From IMG/VR virus record IMGVR_UViG_3300013137_001181, positions 1-60,502 of that record: a stretch of DNA of 60,502 nt. One strand, given 5' to 3'. Position 1 is the first letter of the stretch; each line of letters starts with the position of its first letter. This DNA is from a virus. Lineage: Duplodnaviria > Caudoviricetes. The notes under the pieces were generated by a model that saw only the letters and a list, made by a program, of their open reading frames with translations, made no database searches and had not been told where the DNA came from. The translations under genes were made by a program, and so were the position numbers. Shown here in pieces: positions 9,411 to 18,305 of the stretch.

Positions 9411-9520
9411 TGCTGGTGCCAAGATTTGCGCTTGGACAGTGGTTTTTACGGTGTCAGTTACTTACCGCTGATAAGCCCCAGAGTGTAACTCTCTGTCGCC
9501 ACCTATGGCGATTAACCAGC
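9411..9520 (-). ncRNA. tRNA-like element with long variable region
   Basis: GCTGGT/ACCAGC-A acceptor, TCGCCA-TAGG-TGGCGA, CAGAG-AGTTACA-CTCTG, T-arm CCAAG-CGCAAAT-CTTGG. Confidence 0.5.
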
Positions 9521-9558
9521 TATCTTTAATCCTCGGTTTTTTCTTTTTTTCTTCGCCT

Positions 9559-9606
9559 GCTTGCTTCTTGCTTGCTTCTTGCTTGCTTCTTGCTTGCTTC
9601 TTGCTT
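9559..9606. repeat. tandem repeat (GCTTGCTTCTT)x4 plus a partial unit
   Basis: Directly visible 11-bp unit. Confidence 0.95.
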
Positions 9607-9608
9607 AT

Positions 9609-9637
9609 AGTATATCATATTGCCATATCATTGTCAA
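9609..9637 (-). promoter_or_regulatory. sigma70-type promoter
   Basis: TTGACA-17 nt-TATACT on minus strand. Confidence 0.75.
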
Positions 9638-9727
9638 TAGCAATATAGCAAAGCAAGTGCCAGAGTGCTAAAGCCTATTTTACAGCTCGGCAAGACTGCC
9701 ACAGTAGCACAGCCCTTGACTTTTTTC

Positions 9728-10129
9728 TCATTTTTTATCCAACTTTGTATATGAGAATTTTTTCTTTACAACCATAGAATAATATTCTCCATCCATATTA
9801 AAAATAAGACTGTCAACCATTTGGATATGAAGAATATCGCCGGATTTTTTTATCATCCTCATTACATTTTTGTCCTGCGGTGAGGGCAACAGTTGTCCTG
9901 AGGGGTGATTGTGTAGCAGTATTACATTTGTCGCATTAAAATAAAGAGCAGGTCTAAAGACCTCTCTTGGTTCAACAATCGAGGCGGTCAGAGAGCCAAT
10001 GCTGATAAGTTCTATGCCCTTTATGTTTCCATCTGGGTCAAGATACACGCCAAAGCAATGTTCCTTGCTTGGGTCTGTTATTCTTTTTTTCACTAACATT
10101 ACGGAATCGTTTATGTTGTTGATTTTCAT
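9728..10129 (-). CDS. radC: RadC-like JAB domain protein
   Basis: KEHC, GSLTASIVEPREVFRPAL, HNHPSG...PSPQD. Confidence 0.9.
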   Translation of the reverse strand: MKINNINDSVMLVKKRITDPSKEHCFGVYLDPDGNIKGIELISIGSLTASIVEPREVFRPALYFNATNVILLHNHPSGQLLPSPQDKNVMRMIKKSGDILHIQMVDSLIFNMDGEYYSMVVKKKFSYTKLDKK

Positions 10130-10190
10130 ATGTGAAGTTAAATTATAACCCCAGTGCTGGATATTGAGTTAACAATATCCAGACCTTGGG

Positions 10191-10349
10191 CTACAAGTAG
10201 CCGTTTTCATTCTGATTTGCGGAATCACATCCGTATAAACCAGAACAGTTTTCCTTGCATACCATTTTTTTGCATTGAGGACATTTCTTTTTGTCCTCAA
10301 CTGAATGGATGCCAACACAATTCTTACACTTTGGACATATAAATACCAT
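10191..10349 (-). CDS. small Cys-rich protein (not in ORF track)
   Basis: 52 aa MVFICPKCKNC...KKCPQCKK. Confidence 0.45.
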   Translation of the reverse strand: MVFICPKCKNCVGIHSVEDKKKCPQCKKMVCKENCSGLYGCDSANQNENGYL

Positions 10350-10366
10350 TGGTGTACGAAAAACTT

Positions 10367-10546
10367 TTAACCATTTGGATAAATAATATATCCATTGAGC
10401 ACGTTTCCAGCTTGGTCAGACTCTCCGCTTGCCGTAACAACCTCACAAATTGGTTTGAAGTCGTTACCTTCTTCGTCAACGGAGATAAACACCTTCTTAT
10501 CTGGATTTGCCCGCTTCAACAGTTCGACCAACTCTTTTACCGTCAT
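10367..10546 (-). CDS. hypothetical protein (not in ORF track)
   Basis: 59 aa MTVKELVELLKRANPDKKVFISVDEEGN...IIYPNG, GAGGTGAGG RBS. Confidence 0.65.
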   Translation of the reverse strand: MTVKELVELLKRANPDKKVFISVDEEGNDFKPICEVVTASGESDQAGNVLNGYIIYPNG

Positions 10547-10557
10547 ATATCCTCACC

Positions 10558-10836
10558 TCATTTTCCTTTATAACTTTTAATAAGCTCCCTGAGCTTTTGA
10601 GACCGCTGGACGATTGACCTGTTTTTGTCATACAGCACAACGTGCTGTCCGAGCAAATCCATGTCGAACACATTCTTTCCGCAGTTCTCGCAGACCAACT
10701 GGAAACCTTCCCGCGTAGAACCGAAAGCCAACTTTTCTCCGTAATCCACGGGAACTTTTTCTCCGTTAACCGTTTCAACCTTCACGCATGTTTTGCAATG
10801 CATGTACATTTCAATTCGTGATTTTTTTGCGTTCAT
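10558..10836 (-). CDS. hypothetical Zn-ribbon protein
   Basis: HCKTC...CENCG; strong RBS. Confidence 0.7.
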   Translation of the reverse strand: MNAKKSRIEMYMHCKTCVKVETVNGEKVPVDYGEKLAFGSTREGFQLVCENCGKNVFDMDLLGQHVVLYDKNRSIVQRSQKLRELIKSYKGK

Positions 10837-11210
10837 TTTTGTTCACCTCCTTTCTTGTCGTGATTTATCATTGGTGCGCTGATATATTTCTTGATATAGG
10901 TCAGCTCCTTTGGTGATGGAACTACTAACAGGGACCCAACTATGGTTTTTTTCTTTTCATCCACAACGTCAAGTGTTGTGCCTACAAAAGAGGACAAATG
11001 CGGAGAAAGCCTCTGAAAGGCTCCAACCGAAATCATCTCTCTTTTTTTCGAGATGTTAATCTCTTTTGTGCATAGGAGACAAATAAAAGTGCGTTCATTT
11101 TCATCGCTTATAACTCCTATATCGGGTTTCTTACACTTGCAGAATATTTCTTTATCCAGGGGATTATTCTCTCCCTGCTTTTTTTCAACAACGTTTTTTT
11201 GTGTTGTCAT
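10833..11210 (-). CDS. hypothetical protein
   Basis: 125 aa, CxC...CxxC. Confidence 0.6.
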   Translation of the reverse strand: MTTQKNVVEKKQGENNPLDKEIFCKCKKPDIGVISDENERTFICLLCTKEINISKKREMISVGAFQRLSPHLSSFVGTTLDVVDEKKKTIVGSLLVVPSPKELTYIKKYISAPMINHDKKGGEQK

Positions 11211-11223
11211 ATTATTTTTTCAA

Positions 11224-11577
11224 CTAATAACGATACATACCAAGCGCTTCATCATCGCAGGGAACAAATGTCCGAATATACTTTTTGCTTGTCAATTTCG
11301 CTCCTATTCTTAAAATTTGCTCATAAGAAGCAGTGAGGTGACAATCGCAATCAAAGTATTTGTGCGGACAAATGTTTGCATCCATTGAGTGATAAATCGC
11401 CCAATCATGTATTTCTCCACGGACAGCAATCCACTTAACTTGCGTAGTTTTGCCGTCCTTCTCCACAGCGTGTGGAGCATCGTTAAACCACGGATGTTCT
11501 ATATAGCCAAAACCTTCGGCTATAATTGCACCTGGTTTCATTTTCTTCAATTTTTTTATTGTTAGCATAAATATCAC
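11224..11577 (-). CDS. hypothetical protein
   Basis: 117 aa ORF; GGAGGTGA RBS suggests the true start is a few codons in (MLTIKK). Confidence 0.7.
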   Translation of the reverse strand: MIFMLTIKKLKKMKPGAIIAEGFGYIEHPWFNDAPHAVEKDGKTTQVKWIAVRGEIHDWAIYHSMDANICPHKYFDCDCHLTASYEQILRIGAKLTSKKYIRTFVPCDDEALGMYRY

Positions 11578-11631
11578 CTCCTTTTGATAACTAACTCCTG
11601 CTGGTTTGATAGACCAGCAGTATGTCAGTCC

Positions 11632-12198
11632 TCAATTGTGGTAATCCACAACCACTATCCACATTTTGTCCACAGCCTCTTTTTCTTCGGGTAGTCTTTC
11701 TCCGTTATATCCGTCAAGATATATCATTCCATCTTCGGTGCTATCGTTTTTGGGAATTTCACCACACCACGCTCTTTTGCTCATGATTTGTGACCAAAGC
11801 TTTTTTGTAACAATCATGGCGTCGTCCTCGAATCCTTCTGATTCGTAGGTATTTCTCCAGACTGGACACAATCCACGAAAGTCAGGAAAATGTTTGGACC
11901 AAAGTAGCTCCGCTTTTATTTTCTGAAGCGACTCTGGTTTGTCGGTTCCATTTGTCCAGAAAATCTTTTGGTCTTCGGCCTCTTTATCAAAAGCTTCAAT
12001 CTTATCCTTATCAAGCAAAAGTTTTGTAAGTTCTCCTGACCATCTTCCTCCAATTACATACCAATCTGCAACGCCATAGGAAAATCTACCTTGTGTGGTA
12101 AATCCTTCCGCTTCGAGTTTCTGATATACATAACTTCGGGCGTCCTGTGAATTTTGCGCGTGGTCTTTGTTTAGAAGTACAAAAAGTCTAAAATGCAT
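11632..12198 (-). CDS. hypothetical phage protein
   Basis: MHF..LV N-terminus, DWYVIGGRWSG motif, VVVDYHN C-terminus; RBS present. Confidence 0.75.
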   Translation of the reverse strand: MHFRLFVLLNKDHAQNSQDARSYVYQKLEAEGFTTQGRFSYGVADWYVIGGRWSGELTKLLLDKDKIEAFDKEAEDQKIFWTNGTDKPESLQKIKAELLWSKHFPDFRGLCPVWRNTYESEGFEDDAMIVTKKLWSQIMSKRAWCGEIPKNDSTEDGMIYLDGYNGERLPEEKEAVDKMWIVVVDYHN

Positions 12199-12442
12199 AT
12201 TTTTTCACCCCCTCTGTTTTCTTAACTTGTAACAAATAATCACGCATACCTTGGAACCTTTGTATGTTTATATCACACAAAGTAAGCGTACAGGATAAGC
12301 AGAGATAGCTTATTTCCTGATGTCCAAAGCTTTTTTCACTTCGGACACCTCTTGTTTCGCCTTTTTTTATTCCTCGCCTGCAAGCCACACAAGTACTTCG
12401 TCCTGATTTTGCTTCTTCAATCGCTTCGATATCCATAAGCAT
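12188..12442 (-). CDS. stand-alone PARP-type zinc-finger-like protein
   Basis: IEEAKSGRSTCVACRRGIKKGETR matches the zf-PARP N-terminal consensus EYAKSGRSxCKxC...IxKG..R. Confidence 0.65.
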   Translation of the reverse strand: MLMDIEAIEEAKSGRSTCVACRRGIKKGETRGVRSEKSFGHQEISYLCLSCTLTLCDINIQRFQGMRDYLLQVKKTEGVKKYAF

Positions 12443-12453
12443 AGATAAATGTT

Positions 12454-12678
12454 TTATAACGCACCAAACTCAAGCATGACCATTTCGTCTACCTCCTTTT
12501 CGAGCATCTCGGGATGGTCATTCTGCCACCATTCAAAGAAGCAAGCGGGATATGAACCTTCATCGTGGGACTCAGGATATCCGTTTACATAGGCGCAGTA
12601 CGCCTTAAGGAGATAGTTCTGCGTCTTGGTGTCTAACCGCAGAAAAGAAAGTTGTAGTTCTTTTTTGTCCATTTTCAT
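12454..12678 (-). CDS. hypothetical protein
   Basis: 74 aa with RBS. Confidence 0.65.
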   Translation of the reverse strand: MKMDKKELQLSFLRLDTKTQNYLLKAYCAYVNGYPESHDEGSYPACFFEWWQNDHPEMLEKEVDEMVMLEFGAL

Positions 12679-12749
12679 TCACCTCCTTTCAAGAGATATA
12701 ATTGCTAACTGACGTCCAGTAGCACAAACTACTGGACAAAGTCAGCACC

Positions 12750-14354
12750 TTATCTGTGGATTACGGTTCGCATTGCCATAATCATCTTTTTCGGTAATTC
12801 TTGTACGTCTGGGACATGAATTGAGTTTGGATAGGCTTTTTTTACAGCCTTGCCAACGTTCTCTCCTCCTATTCCTATCCCGAACATAATTGAATCCTTC
12901 TTTATCATTTTCGCCTGTATCTTCTTAAAACGGGGCGTTCTGTTGGTTTCTCCGTCCGTTACGATAAAGACGAGGTTTGACTTTTCTTTACTTAGGTTTT
13001 GTTCTATCTTTTCAAGAACCGCTTCGTCGTCTGTTCCTCCTCCTGTGTCGCTATACTCCTCAATACTGTCAATTTTTGACGCAAAATGATTATATGCGTA
13101 TAAATTGACCTTGAATTTGAGTCTTTCGGACACGTTTTTCAACAGAACCGCACCAATGAAGGCATACAGGGCGTTACTTCCGCTCATGGAGCCACTTTTA
13201 TCAAGTGCTATATGCACTACATAGTCTGGATTATCGGGATTATTCTTTTTACTGAACATTCTTGTCTCTCCTTTTATTCCAACCTTATAGGCATTCTTGC
13301 TTAAAAGTTTTCCTCGCTTGTATGCACCTGTCCATTGTTGCGCTGCGTGGTCATTAAGTACATCTCTTAACCTTTGCGACAATGTAAACTCGATAGGGTT
13401 AAGCAATGTCACCACTTCCTTTTCTGTTGGTCTGTTTAGGCGCGGTGAAAAATTGTCAGATTCTCCACCTGCACCTTGTCCTCCAGCTCTTGCCTTCATT
13501 ATGTCCGTTGAATTCTTTCCTTCTCCGCCTTGACCTTGTGATGGTGCGAGTTTTTCGCCTTTGTTTTCTTCCTTCGGATCGCCGCCCTGCTGTTGAGGTT
13601 GACCATTTTTGCCTGTGTTTTTTCCTTGTTGTCCTTGTTCTTGTTGTTGTTGTTGTTGTTCTTTCTCCTTGTTTTGCTTGAACCAATTCTTTATTAGAGG
13701 ATATATTTTTTCGTCAACCAGTTTTTGCATGTCCTCGGTTGAGTTAGAGCGATATATTTCTTTTATCGTGTTATATATTTCTTCATGGTTCTCGAATTTC
13801 TCCGCAACTTCATTGTCAATCAGCAACTGACTACTCCGATATCCTTTTCTCCACATTCGAAAAGCAAAATTCCCAACGCATGACGCCACCACATAACTCT
13901 TTTGTGAGTAGTACATAAAAAGAGCGGTGATAACGAACTGTTGGATTTTTGTTAGCGATGTATAGTTTCCGCTAAATTGCGCTATGTGGTTCGAAACGCA
14001 ATAGGCGTCAAGCTCTGTAAGTGCCTGTCGAGCAAAATCACCAAATTCATTGGTTAATTTTGTTTCGATACGCATATCCTCAAAAGCATTGTAGACCTCT
14101 TGCATTTCTGCTCCGTGTCTTGCGGCAATATCGGTTATTTTGACGGGTAAACTATATTTCAGATGTCCTATCTCATGAAGAACCAAACCCTTAGTTGTGA
14201 TAAAGGGCAGTTTTTTTAGGTCTTTCATGTCAAAATATAGTTTTTTTCCGTCGGAAGAAGCCGCCCACCTATCACCTTCGACAATTTCAATTCCTGTCTG
14301 TTGTGAAAGCGCTGCGGTCATCATTTCGACATATTCGCGATTAGCATTTATCAT
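12750..14354 (-). CDS. VWA-domain protein with N-terminal HExxH metallopeptidase-like domain (CobT-like)
   Basis: LHEIGH, NAFEDMRIE, Q/G-rich linker, MIDAS DKSGSM...GGT...VTDG. Confidence 0.85.
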   Translation of the reverse strand: MINANREYVEMMTAALSQQTGIEIVEGDRWAASSDGKKLYFDMKDLKKLPFITTKGLVLHEIGHLKYSLPVKITDIAARHGAEMQEVYNAFEDMRIETKLTNEFGDFARQALTELDAYCVSNHIAQFSGNYTSLTKIQQFVITALFMYYSQKSYVVASCVGNFAFRMWRKGYRSSQLLIDNEVAEKFENHEEIYNTIKEIYRSNSTEDMQKLVDEKIYPLIKNWFKQNKEKEQQQQQQEQGQQGKNTGKNGQPQQQGGDPKEENKGEKLAPSQGQGGEGKNSTDIMKARAGGQGAGGESDNFSPRLNRPTEKEVVTLLNPIEFTLSQRLRDVLNDHAAQQWTGAYKRGKLLSKNAYKVGIKGETRMFSKKNNPDNPDYVVHIALDKSGSMSGSNALYAFIGAVLLKNVSERLKFKVNLYAYNHFASKIDSIEEYSDTGGGTDDEAVLEKIEQNLSKEKSNLVFIVTDGETNRTPRFKKIQAKMIKKDSIMFGIGIGGENVGKAVKKAYPNSIHVPDVQELPKKMIMAMRTVIHR

Positions 14355-14430
14355 GTTTTTTCACCTCCTTTCTATGAGTTTTTAATCTCATGCTCCTGGG
14401 GGCTTTTTCAAGTCCCCAGGGTGCTTGAGC

Positions 14431-15612
14431 TTAAAACGGAATAGTCTCCGTTGGTTTTTTTTCACCAACAGACGCATCCTTTTTTGACTCTTCCTTGGCG
14501 TTTTTAAATCCGTCAAGTAGTTTTGTCGTTTTTTCAAGCTTTTCCTGAACCTTGGTAAGGTTCTCCTCCACTTTTCTCTTATTCTCGGCCATTTTCACAT
14601 ATAGCTCCTTCAAGTCCTTGCTTTCTGCCTCCGAAGCCCGAAGATTTCGGACATCTCTCTGCAAGGAGTCTATATTAGTTTTATAAGCCTGTATCGAGGA
14701 CTCATAGTTGTTTATAACTCTTTTTGTTGTGAGTGTCGGCGTGTCCAAGGCTGCTTCTGTCGATGAACTCGTCTTAAACACCGCACAATAAAAGTCCTTA
14801 AACGCCTCTTGCTCCTCGGACCGAGCCTTATATGCGATGGAATGCACATAAGCAGTCTTCGGATTGAGTCCTTGCTTGATCAATTTGCCCCATTGCAACA
14901 ATGACCTCGTGGTTATAAGAGATATGGTCTTTTGGTCGGCATATGCCTTGCGAGCAAGCCAACCAGTGGTCACCATTTTTACCGTGGTTTCTGCGTCCAA
15001 GCCAGTTCTTTGCATTAACAACAATGCCTCCTTATCAGGATTCAATGTGTCAATGTTCATAACTATTGAGAAACGGTCCAAAAACGCTCTGTTCAAGGAC
15101 TTTGTACCCTCATAGTCAGGATTCATGGTTGCAAAGAACCGAAAATCTTGATGAGGTCTTATCACGTCCCCGTTTGGAAGTGATACCTGTTTATCATCAT
15201 CCAAAAGACCATGTATTATGAACGTACAGTCTGGCGGGGTAGCATTTATCTCGTCAAGAACTACAATATGTCCGTTGAGCATTGCGTTCGTCAGGATACC
15301 GTTCTCATAGTACGTTGAACCGTCCTTTACTGACTTGCTCCCAATAAGTTCATCAGGAGTGGCGTAACCGTGCATGTTGATACGAACGTATCCTTGCTTG
15401 CGCTTGAATGCGAGGTATTTTATGACCGATGTCTTGCCTGTTCCTGACTCTCCTACGAGAAGTGTCGGTAAATCCTCGACGATTGAGAGTCCGAGTGCCG
15501 ATTTATCGTCTGCTGGGAGCATAATCTCATGAGCAGATGTTGGCACCAATGACCCTGTCTGATTTAACACCGAGATGGTCGATCCTCCGTACTTAAAACT
15601 ATTTACTGTCAT
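14431..15612 (-). CDS. MoxR/CbbQ/CobS-type AAA+ ATPase with C-terminal coiled coil
   Basis: GESGTGKT, VVLDEIN, FATMNP..Y.GT..LN.A..DRF; start after AGGAGGTG RBS. Confidence 0.9.
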   Translation of the reverse strand: MTVNSFKYGGSTISVLNQTGSLVPTSAHEIMLPADDKSALGLSIVEDLPTLLVGESGTGKTSVIKYLAFKRKQGYVRINMHGYATPDELIGSKSVKDGSTYYENGILTNAMLNGHIVVLDEINATPPDCTFIIHGLLDDDKQVSLPNGDVIRPHQDFRFFATMNPDYEGTKSLNRAFLDRFSIVMNIDTLNPDKEALLLMQRTGLDAETTVKMVTTGWLARKAYADQKTISLITTRSLLQWGKLIKQGLNPKTAYVHSIAYKARSEEQEAFKDFYCAVFKTSSSTEAALDTPTLTTKRVINNYESSIQAYKTNIDSLQRDVRNLRASEAESKDLKELYVKMAENKRKVEENLTKVQEKLEKTTKLLDGFKNAKEESKKDASVGEKKPTETIPF

Positions 15613-15702
15613 ATTTTTTTCACCTCCTTTCAATTATGAAATGGTTAATCGGCCAATTAAGGCCAATAAGTGGACCAACGCAAAGTTAGTCCACCTATGG
15701 CG

Positions 15703-16242
15703 TCAATTTACTACTCGTCTTTTCGCAACGTCAAACTTGTCCGTATCTGATATGTTTTGGATACGAGCCTTTGCTGCAAAAAATCCAGCAATAAAGGCTT
15801 CAATCAGCGGACTTTTGTAAGACGTTTCCCCTTTTTTGTCGAGCGGTTTTAACCCAGTCAGTTTCTTGTCCTTGTTTCGGAGCATTTCAAAACAAATAAA
15901 GTTATCCTTTGAGTTTTCCATGTCCGTTCCAGCAAGAATTAAGCACTCGACACGCTTCGGGTCGTCTTTTGGTCGGGTAGACATTTTCTCGTCTTTTTTA
16001 ACCCTAGACATCCAGCCTTCGGATGCAAAATATACTGACTGTAATAAACCAATGTCTGCTTCCAGAGCAATTTTTGCTCCAGCAACAAAAAATCCCTTAT
16101 GGCGTTTCTTAAAATCTTCTGGCAAATCCGCCAGTATAGCCATAACGGTATTCTTTGAACCTTGTACGAATATCTGTGGTACATGTTCTCCTTGTTTTAA
16201 GCAGACCTCTTTTACCATCTCCGTTAGTTGTTCAAATTTCAT
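15703..16242 (-). CDS. hypothetical protein
   Basis: 179 aa, strong RBS. Confidence 0.75.
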   Translation of the reverse strand: MKFEQLTEMVKEVCLKQGEHVPQIFVQGSKNTVMAILADLPEDFKKRHKGFFVAGAKIALEADIGLLQSVYFASEGWMSRVKKDEKMSTRPKDDPKRVECLILAGTDMENSKDNFICFEMLRNKDKKLTGLKPLDKKGETSYKSPLIEAFIAGFFAAKARIQNISDTDKFDVAKRRVVN

Positions 16243-16398
16243 ATTTTTTCACCTCCTTTCGATAATAACTATTAAAATCGTTAACCCCTGGGACAGCAAG
16301 ATAGCGTGGAGCACAAGCAAAAAGGTGTGTTATGTGTTGGCTTGTATAATCTCCGACTAATCTTGCTATCCCAAGGCTTAAAGTCGCCTCGGTTAGCA

Positions 16399-16674
16399 TT
16401 AGTCAATGCAGACGTTGTATGCGTTTTGGTCTACGTCCAGAATAAAATATCTTATCCTGTCAAAATCTGAAACGTTGACTTTTTGCACCCCCATCTCATA
16501 CTGATTGCTGGTTTGATATACCCAGTCAATCAAATGAGCCACGAGTGCAGTTGTCACGCAACTTCCGTTTCCAAATCTGTTAAAAACCGTAACTTTTCCC
16601 GGTTGGTTCATATACTTCTGATAGTCAATCCCAACACGGTTAAAAGTGTTAACAACAGACTGTTTAATTGTCAT
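16399..16674 (-). CDS. hypothetical protein
   Basis: 91 aa, strong RBS. Confidence 0.75.
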   Translation of the reverse strand: MTIKQSVVNTFNRVGIDYQKYMNQPGKVTVFNRFGNGSCVTTALVAHLIDWVYQTSNQYEMGVQKVNVSDFDRIRYFILDVDQNAYNVCID

Positions 16675-16765
16675 ATTTTTTCACCTCCTTTCTTTTTTTT
16701 GGTTAATAATTTATTTAATTGGCAATCACCCCAGGCAAATTACTTCGCCTGGGATACATCGCAAA

Positions 16766-17020
16766 TTAACAATCACCAAACATTTTGGCGAGACCTGCGA
16801 TTTTTTTCATCTTCTCTTCTATTGCCCGCATAGCGGTGCCAGCATAGAAAAGTTCGCGTTGTGTCTTGCAAGCTTTAATGATTGCAATTGCTTCGTCCGA
16901 ACGCACTTTGTAATCTGGGTTTAATTTAACCTTGGCTACAAAAGCGTTTATCTCTTCCGCGCGCTTGGATGAAATACCAAGTGCCTCGGGAAAGTTCATG
17001 TCCTTTTTTTTCTTTGTCAT
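16766..17020 (-). CDS. hypothetical protein
   Basis: 84 aa, RBS. Confidence 0.7.
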   Translation of the reverse strand: MTKKKKDMNFPEALGISSKRAEEINAFVAKVKLNPDYKVRSDEAIAIIKACKTQRELFYAGTAMRAIEEKMKKIAGLAKMFGDC

Positions 17021-17097
17021 ATGTTTTCACCTACCCTTCGTTATGAAATTGATAACGGATAACAATCCAGCGCGGACGCTGGACTGTCCATTCGTTC

Positions 17098-17454
17098 TCA
17101 ATCCCACCATGTAAAGACTTCATAACTACCGTTTTTTTTCGAATTGGTGCATTCGTCTGCCAATCTGTAATCATTCACAAGCGCAAGCGCTTGGTCAGCG
17201 TTCAGATACGTTGCATCGAATCCTTCGATTGAAACACGATAGTCGGAACGTGTCTTATCAACAATGTATCCGTGGAATCTCATGGTTGGATACCTATCAG
17301 CAAGTTCAAGGAATTCTCGGATACTTGGAGAGTTATTCTGTTGCTCCTCCATGTTGTTCTTGTTTCCATGGACTTTTATAAGCTCCAAAACTTCTTCCTT
17401 GGATGCTTCTTCAAAGTGGACTAATCCACCCATCCATTTATCATCAAGTTTCAT
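17098..17454 (-). CDS. hypothetical protein ending WWD
   Basis: 118 aa, strong RBS. Confidence 0.75.
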   Translation of the reverse strand: MKLDDKWMGGLVHFEEASKEEVLELIKVHGNKNNMEEQQNNSPSIREFLELADRYPTMRFHGYIVDKTRSDYRVSIEGFDATYLNADQALALVNDYRLADECTNSKKNGSYEVFTWWD

Positions 17455-17488
17455 ATTTTTTCACCTCCTTTCGATAAAGTGTCAACAA

Positions 17489-17827
17489 TTAATCCCACCA
17501 TAAACGAATAAAAACCTTGTTTCCTTGTTCATAGTAGTCAAATTCATCCGAAAACCAGATTTTAGCCATGCGTGCTATTTTAAGCAGATTACTAAAATCC
17601 CCTTCTTCTATTTCAAGGACAAAAGTATCAAATTCGTTTGACCAGTCCTCAACGTTACATATATCGACTGGAATATATTTAATTTTTGTTGTCCGTAGAA
17701 ACTTTATAAGGTCTTTTCTTGATGGACAAGAATTAAATCCGTCCTTGTCGATTTTTATTGACGATTTCTTGACCAATAATTTTTCGTTATTGGTCTTTAA
17801 GGTCTCAAAATCAACTTTTTTTGTCAT
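17489..17827 (-). CDS. hypothetical protein ending WWD (probable paralogue of neighbour)
   Basis: 112 aa; shares N.SPS..E/D, (A/S)DE and WWD with 17098-17454. Confidence 0.75.
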   Translation of the reverse strand: MTKKVDFETLKTNNEKLLVKKSSIKIDKDGFNSCPSRKDLIKFLRTTKIKYIPVDICNVEDWSNEFDTFVLEIEEGDFSNLLKIARMAKIWFSDEFDYYEQGNKVFIRLWWD

Positions 17828-17914
17828 ATTTTTTCACCTTCTTTTGATTATAAGAATGTATTAACTTATCCCGAGCAATTAACACTTATCGGAGGTTAAT
17901 TGCCCGTGCATAAA

Positions 17915-18109
17915 TTAAAACAGGTCAACGAGTTTCTTCTTTGGAACGACTCCAAGCTCAATCATTCGAGCGAGCAAAGCGTCTCCAAAGTCAGATGTGA
18001 ACGGTTCGACAACAAGTTTTGGATGTCCATTAACCGTTAGCACTTTACGAAACTCTTTGAGTTTATAGTCCACGGTCCAGCCATAATAGGTTGGTAGTTT
18101 GTTAGGCAT
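17915..18109 (-). CDS. hypothetical protein
   Basis: Start MPNKLPTY after GGAGGTG RBS. Confidence 0.65.
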   Translation of the reverse strand: MPNKLPTYYGWTVDYKLKEFRKVLTVNGHPKLVVEPFTSDFGDALLARMIELGVVPKKKLVDLF

Positions 18110-18305
18110 GTTTAACACCTCCTTTCTTTTTTGTCGAAAATAGTTTTTTAACCTTTTCAAAGTAGTCCTTTTGCGCGGATGTTTTGGCAGAGAGTGCCAA
18201 AGCCAAAACGGTTCTATTTATGTTGAAATTCATAAGTGTTTAGGATTTATAATTTTAAGGATTTGCTACTGTCGGTTACTTGCGTAGCCGACAGCGGGCT
18301 AAACC

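Noticed and set aside
9411-9520. Functional ochre suppressor tRNA / stop-codon recoding
   Set aside because: The anticodon loop is non-canonical, and TAA, TAG and TGA all end genes at sensible positions with full-length ORFs in code 11.
9559-9606. CRISPR or mini-array
   Set aside because: It is a pure tandem repeat with no spacers.
13630-13665. (TTG)n microsatellite as a contingency locus
   Set aside because: It is an in-frame triplet repeat encoding the poly-Gln linker of the VWA protein, so it would not phase-shift.
15836-16360. 174-aa plus-strand ORF and other plus-strand ORFs in the left arm
   Set aside because: They are antisense to RBS-supported minus-strand genes and have Ser/Phe-rich shadow composition.
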